DNA of 64,000 bases from Alphaproteobacteria bacterium (GTDB lineage Bacteria > Pseudomonadota > Alphaproteobacteria > GM7ARS4 > G965262615). The stretch's first letter is position 1, and each line of letters starts with the position of its first letter. The stretch spans positions 1,115,113-1,179,112 of the forward strand of contig OZ253545.1 in the NCBI GenBank assembly GCA_965262615.1, read 5' to 3'. Position numbers and translations under genes: made by a program. A model generated the notes under the pieces. It was not told the DNA's origin. It worked only from the letters and a program-made list of their open reading frames with translations, and searched no databases. Below, in pieces: positions 38,295-47,615 of this stretch.

Positions 38295-39476
38295 ATGAGG
38301 ATAGCTCCATTGAATGATCGACATCTCCCGTCTCGCCGCAGTGCCATTCCCTCATTTATTGTGATGGACATGATGGCGAAGGCATCGGCACTGGAACGGC
38401 GCGGGGTGAAGGTCATGCGTTTGGAGGCGGGCGCGCCGGACACCGCTCCGCCGCCCGCCATCCTCAAACAACTGGCACACACCCTCACCAAGCGCAATTT
38501 TGGCTACACCGATTCCACCGGAACGCCCCAGCTCAAAGAACGCATTGCATGGCTCTATGGGCATCGCTATGGGCTTGAGATTGACCCATCCCGCATCGTC
38601 ATCTCCAGTGGCTCATCGGCGTGTCTGACTCTGGCACTGCTGGCGGCGTTTGAGCATGGGGATGTGATTGCTCTGCCGCGTCCGTGTTATCCCGCCTATC
38701 GCCCCATGGCGGAGGCGTTGGGTCTGCGGGTGGTGGATATGCCGCTCACGGATGAGGACGGCTGGTGTCTGACGGCGCGTCATATTGAGCAGTGTGAGAC
38801 CAAACCGAGCGGCATCATTCTCACCAATCCCGCCAACCCCACCGGCGCACTGATGGACGAACACCAACTGGCAACCATTGCTGATTATTGCCGACATAAT
38901 GGTATCCGCATCATCAGCGATGAGATTTATCACGATGTCACCGATGATGACCACACAGCTCACAGCATCCTCTCGTTTGACCCCGATGCCATCGTGACCA
39001 GTGGCTTTTCCAAGTTTTTTGCGCTGCCGGGCTGGCGTGTGGGCTGGATGATCGCGCCTGTCGCTTTTGCCTCCTCCCTGCTGGCATTACAGCAAAATCT
39101 CTATGTCGCGCCGCCCAGCGCAGGACAAGAACTCGCGATTTCCATGCTACAAGAAGAGGTTATGGACACCATGAAACACCATGTACGGCGATGGAATGAC
39201 AACCGCAATGTTTTGTTGCGGTTTATTGAGCAAAGCCCACTCAGTCTGACGGCTCAGCCGCGCGGCGGATTTTACATTTATTGCGATGCCGCCGCCGTCA
39301 CCCATGACAGCGTGGCGTGGTGTGATGAGATATTGCATCGTCATCATGTGGCACTGGCGGCGGGCGTGGATTTTGACCCCGTGGACGGTCATAAATTCGT
39401 GCGTTTTTCCTTCTGCCGACCAAACAATGAGATTACTACTGCCTGCAAGATTCTCGACAAAGTGTTTAATTCTTAA
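38295..39476 (+). CDS. Class I/II (aspartate/aromatic-type) PLP aminotransferase
   Basis: PLP-lysine motif SGFSKFFALPGWRVGW and N-terminal ...SAIPSFIVMDMMAKASALERRG. Confidence 0.8.
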   Translation: MRIAPLNDRHLPSRRSAIPSFIVMDMMAKASALERRGVKVMRLEAGAPDTAPPPAILKQLAHTLTKRNFGYTDSTGTPQLKERIAWLYGHRYGLEIDPSRIVISSGSSACLTLALLAAFEHGDVIALPRPCYPAYRPMAEALGLRVVDMPLTDEDGWCLTARHIEQCETKPSGIILTNPANPTGALMDEHQLATIADYCRHNGIRIISDEIYHDVTDDDHTAHSILSFDPDAIVTSGFSKFFALPGWRVGWMIAPVAFASSLLALQQNLYVAPPSAGQELAISMLQEEVMDTMKHHVRRWNDNRNVLLRFIEQSPLSLTAQPRGGFYIYCDAAAVTHDSVAWCDEILHRHHVALAAGVDFDPVDGHKFVRFSFCRPNNEITTACKILDKVFNS

Positions 39477-39553
39477 CCGTGAAAAAGCTGTTTTATCAGC
39501 CTCATCAGTGTGATACAATCGCGGCGGTCAATTGATGGCGCGAGGAGTTTGGT

Positions 39554-41077
39554 GTGGAAAAATTCTTTGAATACATTTTCCCAAAAAAAATCAGTACGAG
39601 GTCGCGAGTCTGTCTCTTATTCCTTGTACCCGCATTGTCCATTTTAATCCTTCTTCCATCAATTCTTGAAGCTTGGAATCAACCTCCATTGCCAAGCCAA
39701 TTTTTCTATTCTTTAATTACGGTAACAGGATTTCTGCTTTTTGCTTTGATTTTATCATTAATAAAAGATTTTGAAAAATCATCCGAGCCAACGCGTGACA
39801 TAGCTAAAGACTTACATGATATGCTTCCTGAATTGGCGTTGTATATCACCGAACAATTGGTATCGGATAACATAAAAAATATGCAAAAGAAAGAAGCAAC
39901 AAGACAATTTAATCTTGGTGTCAAACATTTATTTGGCAAGGGTGTTAAAAAAAATGCACAAAAAGCATTCCTCCACTTTGAAGCAGCCGCCCAACAAGGG
40001 GATGCCTACGCCCAATTCAATCTTGCTTTGATGTATAGGAATGGCAAAGGAGTGGCACAAAATGATAAGAAAGCCCTGTATTGGTATCAAAAAGCCGCCC
40101 AACAAGGGGATGCTAGAGCCCAATTCAATCTTGCTTGGATGTATCATGAGGGCAAAGGAGTGGCACAGAATGATGAGAAAGCCCTGTATTGGTATCAAGA
40201 ATCCGCCCAACAAGGGGATGCTAGAGCCCAATTCAATCTTGCTTTAATGTATCATGAGGGCAAAGGAGTGGCACAAAATGATGAGAAAGCCCTGTATTGG
40301 TATCAAAAAGCCGCCCAACAAGGGAATGCCAAAGCCCAATTCAATCTTGCTTGGATGTATGATGAGGGCAAAGGAGTGGCACAGAATGATGAGAAAGCTG
40401 TGTATTGGTATCAAGAATCCGCCCAGCAAGGGGATGCCAAAGCCCAATTCAATCTTGCTTGGATGTATGATGAGGGCAAAGGAGTGGCACAAAATGATAA
40501 GAAAGCACTATATTGGTATCAAGAATCCGCACAACAAGGAAGTGCCAGAGCCCAAATCAGTCTTGGGATGGCTTATGTTGGCGGAAAAGGTATTTCACAG
40601 GATTATCATGAGGCGATGCAATGGTTCAAAAAAGCCGCAGAACAAGGGAGTACCGATGCCCAAAACAATATTGGCTTTATGTATGCCACTGGCATGGGTA
40701 TTAAACCAAATGAGAAAAAAGCAGTGCATTGGCTCACAAAAGCTTCAGAGCAAGGATTTGCCATAGCCCAATTCAATCTCGCTGTGGTGTATGAAAGTGT
40801 GACACAGAATGATCAAAAAGCGAAGCACTGGTATCAAAAAGCCGTCCAGCAAGTTAGTGACGAAACCAAATTCACTCAGCAAGAAGAGCAGGAGAGGATC
40901 AAAGAAGCGGAACAAGAAGGGGATGCCAATTCCTTGTATCTTCTTGGCGTGAGATACGCCATTGGCGAAGAAGTCACGCGAGATTATGAAAAAGCGGCGC
41001 ACTGGTTCACCCAAGCATCTCAGCTGAACTTTATTCAAGCCACGCGAGCTCTTGAATTGCTGAAAAAAGTCAAATAA
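39554..41077 (+). CDS. Sel1-like repeat protein with N-terminal TM segments (AQFNLAxMYxEGKGVAQNDxKA variant)
   Basis: About 11 Sel1 repeats. Confidence 0.85.
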   Translation: MEKFFEYIFPKKISTRSRVCLLFLVPALSILILLPSILEAWNQPPLPSQFFYSLITVTGFLLFALILSLIKDFEKSSEPTRDIAKDLHDMLPELALYITEQLVSDNIKNMQKKEATRQFNLGVKHLFGKGVKKNAQKAFLHFEAAAQQGDAYAQFNLALMYRNGKGVAQNDKKALYWYQKAAQQGDARAQFNLAWMYHEGKGVAQNDEKALYWYQESAQQGDARAQFNLALMYHEGKGVAQNDEKALYWYQKAAQQGNAKAQFNLAWMYDEGKGVAQNDEKAVYWYQESAQQGDAKAQFNLAWMYDEGKGVAQNDKKALYWYQESAQQGSARAQISLGMAYVGGKGISQDYHEAMQWFKKAAEQGSTDAQNNIGFMYATGMGIKPNEKKAVHWLTKASEQGFAIAQFNLAVVYESVTQNDQKAKHWYQKAVQQVSDETKFTQQEEQERIKEAEQEGDANSLYLLGVRYAIGEEVTRDYEKAAHWFTQASQLNFIQATRALELLKKVK

Positions 41078-41101
41078 AGCTCAAACTACACGGGGTAAAC
41101 A

Positions 41102-41312
41102 ATGGACATGGCTCATACTGATTTGCAACAATTGATGGAGCGCGCTCAACAAGGCGATGCCCTCAGCCCAAAACAGTCTGGGGTGCATGTATGAACAAGG
41201 CAGAGGTGTCACGCAGGATTATGAAGAAGCCGTGCGATGGTTCAAAAAAGCCGCGAGGCAAGGAAATAAAGCTGCCATAAAATCCCTCAAAATTTTAGGC
41301 ATGACCGACTAA
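41102..41312 (+). pseudogene. Degenerate fragment of a Sel1-like repeat gene (internal stop), ending ...KILGMTD*
   Basis: MDMAHTDLQQLMERAQQGDA...(stop)...RGVTQDYEEAVRWFKKAARQGNKAAIKSLKILGMTD is homologous to the module boundaries of the 36000..37652 gene. Confidence 0.6.
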
Positions 41313-41326
41313 TTCAAGGGTTTTCG

Positions 41327-41656
41327 TCACTTCAAAATAAGTGTCACCAGAATGCCCACAAGGGACACAATCACTCCCGCCAGAGCCACAATCACTCGCG
41401 CAGCGGCGCGATTGACGGCATCCAACAACTCATTTTTCGCCTTATCAATCTTGCCATCCACGACCGATATTTTGTCCAGCAGTTCAGCTCGCAAATCGGC
41501 AACATCTTCCTTCGTGGCAAAATGATTGCACTGCTCCTTGATGGTGGCAACATCCACTTTGAGAGTCACCACATCCGCTTTGAGAGCGACCACATCATCA
41601 TGCAAGCCATTCGCACCGCGATGCTTTGGTGGTTCTTGATTCGTTTCTATCGTCAT
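41327..41656 (-). CDS. DUF1640/CCDC90-like small coiled-coil tail-anchored protein
   Basis: Paralog of 37683..38114, with the same C-terminal TM and the FATKEDVADL motif. Confidence 0.55.
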   Translation of the reverse strand: MTIETNQEPPKHRGANGLHDDVVALKADVVTLKVDVATIKEQCNHFATKEDVADLRAELLDKISVVDGKIDKAKNELLDAVNRAAARVIVALAGVIVSLVGILVTLILK

Positions 41657-41808
41657 GGTGATGAGAGTATGGGCATTTCAAGAATTTGTCAATGGCAAGA
41701 CGCATTACGATCATTGCAGATGACCATGAGGCAAGAGTCACCATCATTCAAAAAAGAGCAGTTGCAATTGCGTCTTAACTTTGCCATCCAAAAGCGGTAT
41801 AAAAGCCC

Positions 41809-42307
41809 CATGATGATTGCACGGTTGCTCGCCATCATAATGTTGCTCATGAGTGTCACCGCAACTTCCAGTCACGGCGAGATGATGCGCGTCAAAGGCA
41901 TGGGGGGAATCTTCAATTTTGCCAAGGACAATAATTTTGCCTACGGCGCGGAGGTCACCCTGCCTTCACTCTTTTTGCCTTTGGGCTTGAATTTTGATGT
42001 GGGATTTCTCGCCACCGACCGCCGCGCCGTCTACGGCTACGCCGCCATTGAACGCGCTTTTTATGTTGATGACGACTGGCGCATCATCCCCTCATTGGCG
42101 ATGGGATACTACGAACAAAAGGACGATAAAGATCTCGGATTTGAACTCAACTTCAAATCGGGCGGCGAGATTGCCTACCGCTTTGCTCACAACGCATGGG
42201 CGGGAATTTCGGCTTTTCATATCTCCAACGCCTCGCTCAGCAGTCATAATCCGGGCACGGAGCTCTTTGTCTTCACCCTCACCTACGATGTCAGTATAAT
42301 TCCATGA
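41809..42307 (+). CDS. Possible outer-membrane lipid A deacylase (PagL-like) / small beta-barrel protein
   Basis: Signal peptide, about 145-aa mature protein with alternating hydrophobic beta-strand pattern, and an FHISNAS (His-x-Ser) motif near the C-terminus. Confidence 0.35.
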
Positions 42308-43254
42308 GCGAGCGCATTCACGACTCCATCACCGACCTCATTGGCAAAACGCCTCTGTTGCGCCTCAATCGCTTTGCGCGCTTTCACCAGTGCGAGGCGG
42401 AGCTCATCGCCAAACTGGAGCTTCTCAATCCTCTTTCATCGGTGAAGGATCGCATCGGGCTTGCCATGATTGATGATGCCGTGGCAGCGGGACGCATCAC
42501 CGCAAACACCACCATCATAGAACCCACATCCGGCAACACGGGCATTGCTCTGGCATTCGTGGCAGCCGCCCGAGGGCTGAAACTCATTTTAACCATGCCC
42601 GCCAGCATGTCTGTGGAACGCCGCAAAATGCTCCAATTGCTGGGCGCACAAACCCATCTCACCGACCCCGCCCGAGGCATGAAGGGCGCGATTGAAAAAG
42701 CACACGAACTGCACAAAGAAATCAAGGATTCCATCATTTTGCAACAGTTTGAAAATCCCGCCAATCCAACCATTCATCGCCACACCACGGCGCAAGAAAT
42801 ATGGCACGATGTGGGCAGGCGGCTGGATATTTTCGTCTCGGGCGTGGGAACGGGCGGCACGGTGACCGGCGTGAGTGAGGTCATCAAAGAGCAGCACCCC
42901 GCCCTTCATGTGGTGGCGGTAGAACCCGAAGACTCCCCCGTTCTGTCGGGAGGCACGGCGGGACCCCACAAAATTCAAGGCATTGGCGCAGGCATGATTC
43001 CCAAAAATCTCAACCAACAAATGATTGATGAGGTCATCACCATCAGCAACGAGACGGCGTTTGAGACGGCGCGCACGGTGGCGCGTCTTGAGGGCTTGGC
43101 GGTAGGCATTTCATCGGGGGCGGCTCTGGCGGCGGCTTTAGAGGTGGGACAGCGAGCCCAAAACAAAGGCAAACGAATCCTTGTCATTCTGCCGTCCGCC
43201 GCCGAACGCTACCTCTCCACCGAGCTTTTTTCCGATGGCATGGATACCAAATAA
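42304..43254 (+). CDS. cysK: Cysteine synthase A (O-acetylserine sulfhydrylase)
   Basis: PLP-lysine motif SVKDRIG, GNTGIALA, and TGGT/SSGA loops. Confidence 0.9.
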   Translation: MSERIHDSITDLIGKTPLLRLNRFARFHQCEAELIAKLELLNPLSSVKDRIGLAMIDDAVAAGRITANTTIIEPTSGNTGIALAFVAAARGLKLILTMPASMSVERRKMLQLLGAQTHLTDPARGMKGAIEKAHELHKEIKDSIILQQFENPANPTIHRHTTAQEIWHDVGRRLDIFVSGVGTGGTVTGVSEVIKEQHPALHVVAVEPEDSPVLSGGTAGPHKIQGIGAGMIPKNLNQQMIDEVITISNETAFETARTVARLEGLAVGISSGAALAAALEVGQRAQNKGKRILVILPSAAERYLSTELFSDGMDTK

Positions 43255-43308
43255 CCGTGAAGAATTTTGGTATTGACAAATTCTGCAAATTCACATATTC
43301 TCACCATC

Positions 43309-43590
43309 ATGACGACAGAGACGAAGCAAAAAAAAGAATATCTCACGGTGACGGCAAAAACCTATCGCTTGAAGAGCGGTCGCGCTCTTCTCATGGTGGA
43401 TTTTACCACTCATGAAAGTGTCGCCGCCCTGCAAAGTGACGATGCTGTCAGTTTGTTGCGGGGAGATATCGCTCAACTGCGTGAAGAAATTGAGAGGGCG
43501 AAAAATGAAGTGATCTATGCCATCAATCGCGCCGCTGTGGGAGTCATTGTTTCTTGTGTGATCGTTATGGTGGCAATCATTCTTAAGTGA
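43309..43590 (+). CDS. DUF1640/CCDC90-like small coiled-coil tail-anchored protein
   Basis: Paralog. Preceded by TTGACA-N17-TATTCT-N7-ATG. Confidence 0.5.
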   Translation: MTTETKQKKEYLTVTAKTYRLKSGRALLMVDFTTHESVAALQSDDAVSLLRGDIAQLREEIERAKNEVIYAINRAAVGVIVSCVIVMVAIILK

Positions 43591-44348
43591 CCCTCTCTCG
43601 CCATGAGATGGAATTCTATGCCAGCCACATCATGCTCCCGCAGATTGGCGGCAGGGGACAAGAAAAAATCGGGCGTGCCAAAGTGCTGGTGGTGGGTGCG
43701 GGAGGCATCGGCACACCCCTCATCATCTATCTGACTACTGCGGGCGTGGGAACAATCGGCATCGCCGATGATGACACCGTTGAAACCAGCAATTTGCAAC
43801 GCCAAATTCTCTACCGCCAAAACCACATCGGCGCGCTCAAAACCACCACCGCCATTGATGAAGCACGCGCCATCAATTCCGCCGTCACCCTCATTCCTCA
43901 CCCCCAACGCATGGATGATGACACTCTTGCCCACATCCTGCCGAGCTATGACATCATTGCCGATGGCTCGGACAACATCACCACCGCTCACTGTCTCAAT
44001 AAAGCGGCGGTCAAACAGGGCAAAATCCTCATCAAGGCATCGGTGAGCGGCTGGAGCGGACAAATCACCACCATCATGGGCGGCAATACAAACGCTCCCT
44101 GCTACGCCTGCCTCTTTCCACCATCGGACACCGATGCCAACGCTCCTTCATGCGTTGAGCAAGGGGTTCTCAATATGGCGGTGTGTGTCATGGCGGGATG
44201 GCTCGGTGCGGAGGTCATCAAGTGCATTATCGGGACGGGACAATCCCTCAAAGGACGACTCCTCCTCTATGACGCGCTGCAAGCGTCCATGCACACCATC
44301 CAATACGATAAAAATCCCAGCTGCCCCGTCTGTGCCGCTAGGGTTTGA
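43587..44348 (+). CDS. ThiF/MoeB/HesA-family E1-like adenylyltransferase
   Basis: Rossmann motif VLVVGAGGIGTP, and CxxC pairs (CYAC ... CPVC). Confidence 0.8.
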   Translation: MTLSRHEMEFYASHIMLPQIGGRGQEKIGRAKVLVVGAGGIGTPLIIYLTTAGVGTIGIADDDTVETSNLQRQILYRQNHIGALKTTTAIDEARAINSAVTLIPHPQRMDDDTLAHILPSYDIIADGSDNITTAHCLNKAAVKQGKILIKASVSGWSGQITTIMGGNTNAPCYACLFPPSDTDANAPSCVEQGVLNMAVCVMAGWLGAEVIKCIIGTGQSLKGRLLLYDALQASMHTIQYDKNPSCPVCAARV

Positions 44349-44871
44349 CCTGAATGCTACAGCCCCTCGTCATGTAATAGCGCGGGCTATCATCATCGTC
44401 TCTTGCCAACAAGCCAAAGCGTTGCGGGTCATAGGCGTAGGAAATGGTCTGTTCGCGCGGGCGATAGCGATAGGGAAACTGACGAATATACATTGATTGA
44501 ATGTCATGAGCCTCTTGTTCTCGCATTGCATAGCGCACGCGCTCGCTGTAGTCACCAAAGCGTTCCTGATGCTTATTGCGGTGCTGCATATGATGCACCA
44601 GTTCATGCACCAAAATAGAGACTGCGCACACATTCATCGCCCGTCCCATATCGTCACGCAAATAAACCGTCCGCTCCTCAATGTGATAAAATGCCACCAC
44701 CGCACACCGTCGTCCCCCACACGCCATCTCTTGCAACGAATCCGATGACGCAAAAACCACCGAAGGGGTCTCCGAAGGCATGTCATAGCCAGAGACGCTC
44801 GCCACCCACAGCAATAACGAGGCAACCATATCTGTCAAAGAACTGACTCCAGAGTGAATCATGATACTCAC
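44338..44871 (-). CDS. Putative secreted HExxH zinc metallopeptidase-like protein
   Basis: N-terminal hydrophobic segment and a single HELVHHMQH motif. The family was not recognised. Confidence 0.3.
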   Translation of the reverse strand: MSIMIHSGVSSLTDMVASLLLWVASVSGYDMPSETPSVVFASSDSLQEMACGGRRCAVVAFYHIEERTVYLRDDMGRAMNVCAVSILVHELVHHMQHRNKHQERFGDYSERVRYAMREQEAHDIQSMYIRQFPYRYRPREQTISYAYDPQRFGLLARDDDDSPRYYMTRGCSIQVKP

Positions 44872-44981
44872 CTATAGTCTCAATGACAAGATGAATGAGG
44901 CATGAATTGGGAAAGAATTTCAAGCTGTGAGATTCTTGGCAAAGTGTTTAATTCTTAATGGGAATATGGTAAGCTGCCACC

Positions 44982-45352
44982 ATGAGAACCACCCGCCTTA
45001 TCACATGGATTGCCATTGTCGTCATTGCTCATACGGGCTGGATGCCGAGCGTGGCTCATGCCGAAGAAGATGCCATAGCCCAATACAATCTTGGGGTGGA
45101 TTATTACAACGACAAGGACTACCTACAAGCAGCGTATTGGTGGAAAAAAGCCGCCGAACAAGGGAATGCCAATGCTCAAACCACTCTGGCGTTGATGTAT
45201 TACGATGGCACAGGTGTCACACAGGACGGTCTGCAGGCGGCGTATTGGTTCAAAAAAGCCGCAGAACAAGGACATAAAGGGGCGATAAAAGCCCTCAAGA
45301 AGGAAATAAAGATGCGATAAAAGCCCTCAAAACATTAGGCATGACCAACTAA
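44982..45352 (+). CDS. Short secreted Sel1-like repeat protein, C-terminus disrupted by a 32-bp duplication
   Basis: Signal peptide IAHTGWMPSVAHA and 2 Sel1 repeats. The GCGATAAAAGCCCTCAA direct repeat causes a premature stop at 45320; removing the insertion restores ...KALKTLGMTN*. Confidence 0.6.
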
Positions 45353-45366
45353 TTCAAGGGGTTTTA

Positions 45367-45648
45367 TCATTTAAGAATTAGTGTTACCAGAATGCCGCCC
45401 AGAGCCACAATCACTCCCACGAGAGCCACAATCACCCGCACGGCAAAGCGATTGATGGCTTCCAACAACTCATTTTTCGCCTCAATGACATCTTTTTTGG
45501 TGGCAAAATGATTGCACCGCTCCTTGATGGTGGCAACATCCACCTTGAGATCCACCATATCATCACGCGAGCCATTGGCACCGCGATGCTTGGGTGTTTT
45601 CTGCACCTCGCGATGCTTTGGTGGTTCTTGCTGCGTTTCCATTGTCAT
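45367..45648 (-). CDS. DUF1640/CCDC90-like small coiled-coil tail-anchored protein
   Basis: Paralog with the same promoter and C-terminal TM. Confidence 0.5.
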   Translation of the reverse strand: MTMETQQEPPKHREVQKTPKHRGANGSRDDMVDLKVDVATIKERCNHFATKKDVIEAKNELLEAINRFAVRVIVALVGVIVALGGILVTLILK

Positions 45649-45735
45649 GGTGATGAGAATATGTGCGTTTGCAGGGTTTGTCAATAACAAAATTCTTCAC
45701 GGTCATTTGGCATGACCATGAGGCAAGGGTTTTCG

Positions 45736-46248
45736 TCACTTCAAAATAAGTGTCACCAAGATGCCCACAAGAGACACAATCACTCCCACAAGAGTCACAA
45801 TCACCCGCGTAGCAACGCGATTGAAAGCTTCTAACACCTCATTTTTTGCCTTCTCAATCTTGTGATCCGTGGCTGACATTTTCTCCAGCAGTTCAGCTCG
45901 CAGTTCAGCCATGTCAGCTCGCAGTTCGGCGATGTTTTCCCTATTGTCAGCTCGCAGTTCGGCGATGTTTTCCCTATTGTCAGCTCGCAGTTCGGCGATG
46001 TTTTCCTTATTGTCAGCTCGCGCCTCAGCAATTTGAGTTTCCAGCTTGGCGATTTGAGCTTCCAGTTTGGCGATTTTGGTCTCCAACTTGGCGATATCTT
46101 CCTTCGTGGCAAAATTCTTGCCTTGCTCTTTGATGGTGGCAACATCCACCTTCAGAGCGACCACATCCGCTTTGAGGGCGACCACATCATCATACAAGCC
46201 ATTCGCCTTGCGATGTTCGGTTGGTTTTTGTTCCGTCTGGATAGCCAT
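45736..46248 (-). CDS. DUF1640/CCDC90-like small coiled-coil tail-anchored protein with two in-frame repeat arrays
   Basis: Paralog. Contains (ADNRENIAELR)x3 and the IAKLE heptad array. Confidence 0.55.
   Translation of the reverse strand: MAIQTEQKPTEHRKANGLYDDVVALKADVVALKVDVATIKEQGKNFATKEDIAKLETKIAKLEAQIAKLETQIAEARADNKENIAELRADNRENIAELRADNRENIAELRADMAELRAELLEKMSATDHKIEKAKNEVLEAFNRVATRVIVTLVGVIVSLVGILVTLILK
45913..46011 (-). repeat. In-frame 33-bp tandem repeat (3 copies)
   Basis: GTCAGCTCGCAGTTCGGCGATGTTTTCCCTATT occurs 3 times on the plus strand. Confidence 0.9.
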
Positions 46249-46280
46249 AGTGGTTAGAATATGTGCATGTCAAGCGTTTG

Positions 46281-47615
46281 TCAATCACAAGATGCCTCAC
46301 GGTCATTTGGCATGAATTGGGCAAGAATTTCATGCAGCTGCTGCCACGCTTCACGCAGTGCCTGTGGTGCGATGCAATACGGTGGCATCATATAGACCAC
46401 ATTACCCAACGGACGCAGCAACAGCCCGCGCCGCAACGCCTCTTCGCCAATGGCTGTGCCAATGGTGGCGTGATAGCCTTCATCCTTGCCATCAATGGTG
46501 AAGGCGGCAATCGTTCCCATGATGCGCGGCTTGGTGATGTGAGGCAGAGTCATGATGTCTTGCATGGCGGTGTGATGAATGTGTTCTATGGCGCGAATGC
46601 GCGTCCATGTGTCGTCCGCATCAAACAGCTGCAATGATGCCAGTGCCGCGGCGCATGCCAATGGATTGGCGGTGTAGGAATGACCATGAGCAAAAAAGTG
46701 TCCCCCATCATGAGCAAAAGCCTCATAGATATGGTTCTGAATGATGGTCGCCGCAAGGGGAAGCGTGCCACCAGTCAATCCTTTGGCACAACAGAGAATG
46801 TCCGGCTGGTGTGCCAATTGGTCGCTGGCGAACAATGAGCCCAAGCGTCCAAAGGCGGTCATGACTTCGTCAAAAATAATAAGCGCATCGCTTTTGGTGC
46901 GAATCATGGCAACCGCCTCATTGAAAAAACGCCTTGAGCTCATCCGCATGCCACTCGCTCCCTGCACCAACGGCTCTAAAATGACCGCATTGAGAGTGTG
47001 CCCGTTGGTGTGCAAGTGTTCAGATAGTGTCTCAAGGGCGCGCTCTTCGGTCACGCCCATTGCGTTGTCATGCAGCCATGTCTCGGGATACGAGGTGAAA
47101 TGAAACGGATAGAGCAAGGATTCAAACCCCTCATAGAGCTGGCATGAGACCCCCGCCGCCATCGCCCCCATGGTGTCACCGTGATAGCCTCCCTCCAATG
47201 CCAGAAAGTGCTTGGGTTCTTTGCCCTTTTTGCGCCAGTAGAGCCATGCCATTTTGAGAGCAATTTCAACGGCGCACGAGCCATTATCGGAGAAAAACAC
47301 CCGCTGCAATGATGATGGTGTCACCCGCGCCAGATGCTCTGCCACCCGCACCGCGCCCTCATGAGTCACACCGGCAAACAACACATGAGACAATCGCTCA
47401 CTTTGTTTGTGAATGGCTTTCATGATGGCAGGATGACGATGACCGTGGGTCACCACCCACCACGAAGAGATGAGATCCTGATAGCCGCGATCCGTTTCAT
47501 CATAGAGAACACTGCCTTCAGCTCGCGTGATGACCAACGGCGCACCGCCCTTATCAAACGGATGCCACAAATGAGTCGCGTCTAAAGACGAAAGATTATG
47601 TGGAAACGCCATCAA
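46281..47615 (-). CDS. bioA: Adenosylmethionine-8-amino-7-oxononanoate aminotransferase
   Basis: Class-III aminotransferase with PLP-lysine motif CCAKGLTGG, in a bio operon. Confidence 0.88.
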   Translation of the reverse strand: MMAFPHNLSSLDATHLWHPFDKGGAPLVITRAEGSVLYDETDRGYQDLISSWWVVTHGHRHPAIMKAIHKQSERLSHVLFAGVTHEGAVRVAEHLARVTPSSLQRVFFSDNGSCAVEIALKMAWLYWRKKGKEPKHFLALEGGYHGDTMGAMAAGVSCQLYEGFESLLYPFHFTSYPETWLHDNAMGVTEERALETLSEHLHTNGHTLNAVILEPLVQGASGMRMSSRRFFNEAVAMIRTKSDALIIFDEVMTAFGRLGSLFASDQLAHQPDILCCAKGLTGGTLPLAATIIQNHIYEAFAHDGGHFFAHGHSYTANPLACAAALASLQLFDADDTWTRIRAIEHIHHTAMQDIMTLPHITKPRIMGTIAAFTIDGKDEGYHATIGTAIGEEALRRGLLLRPLGNVVYMMPPYCIAPQALREAWQQLHEILAQFMPNDREASCD

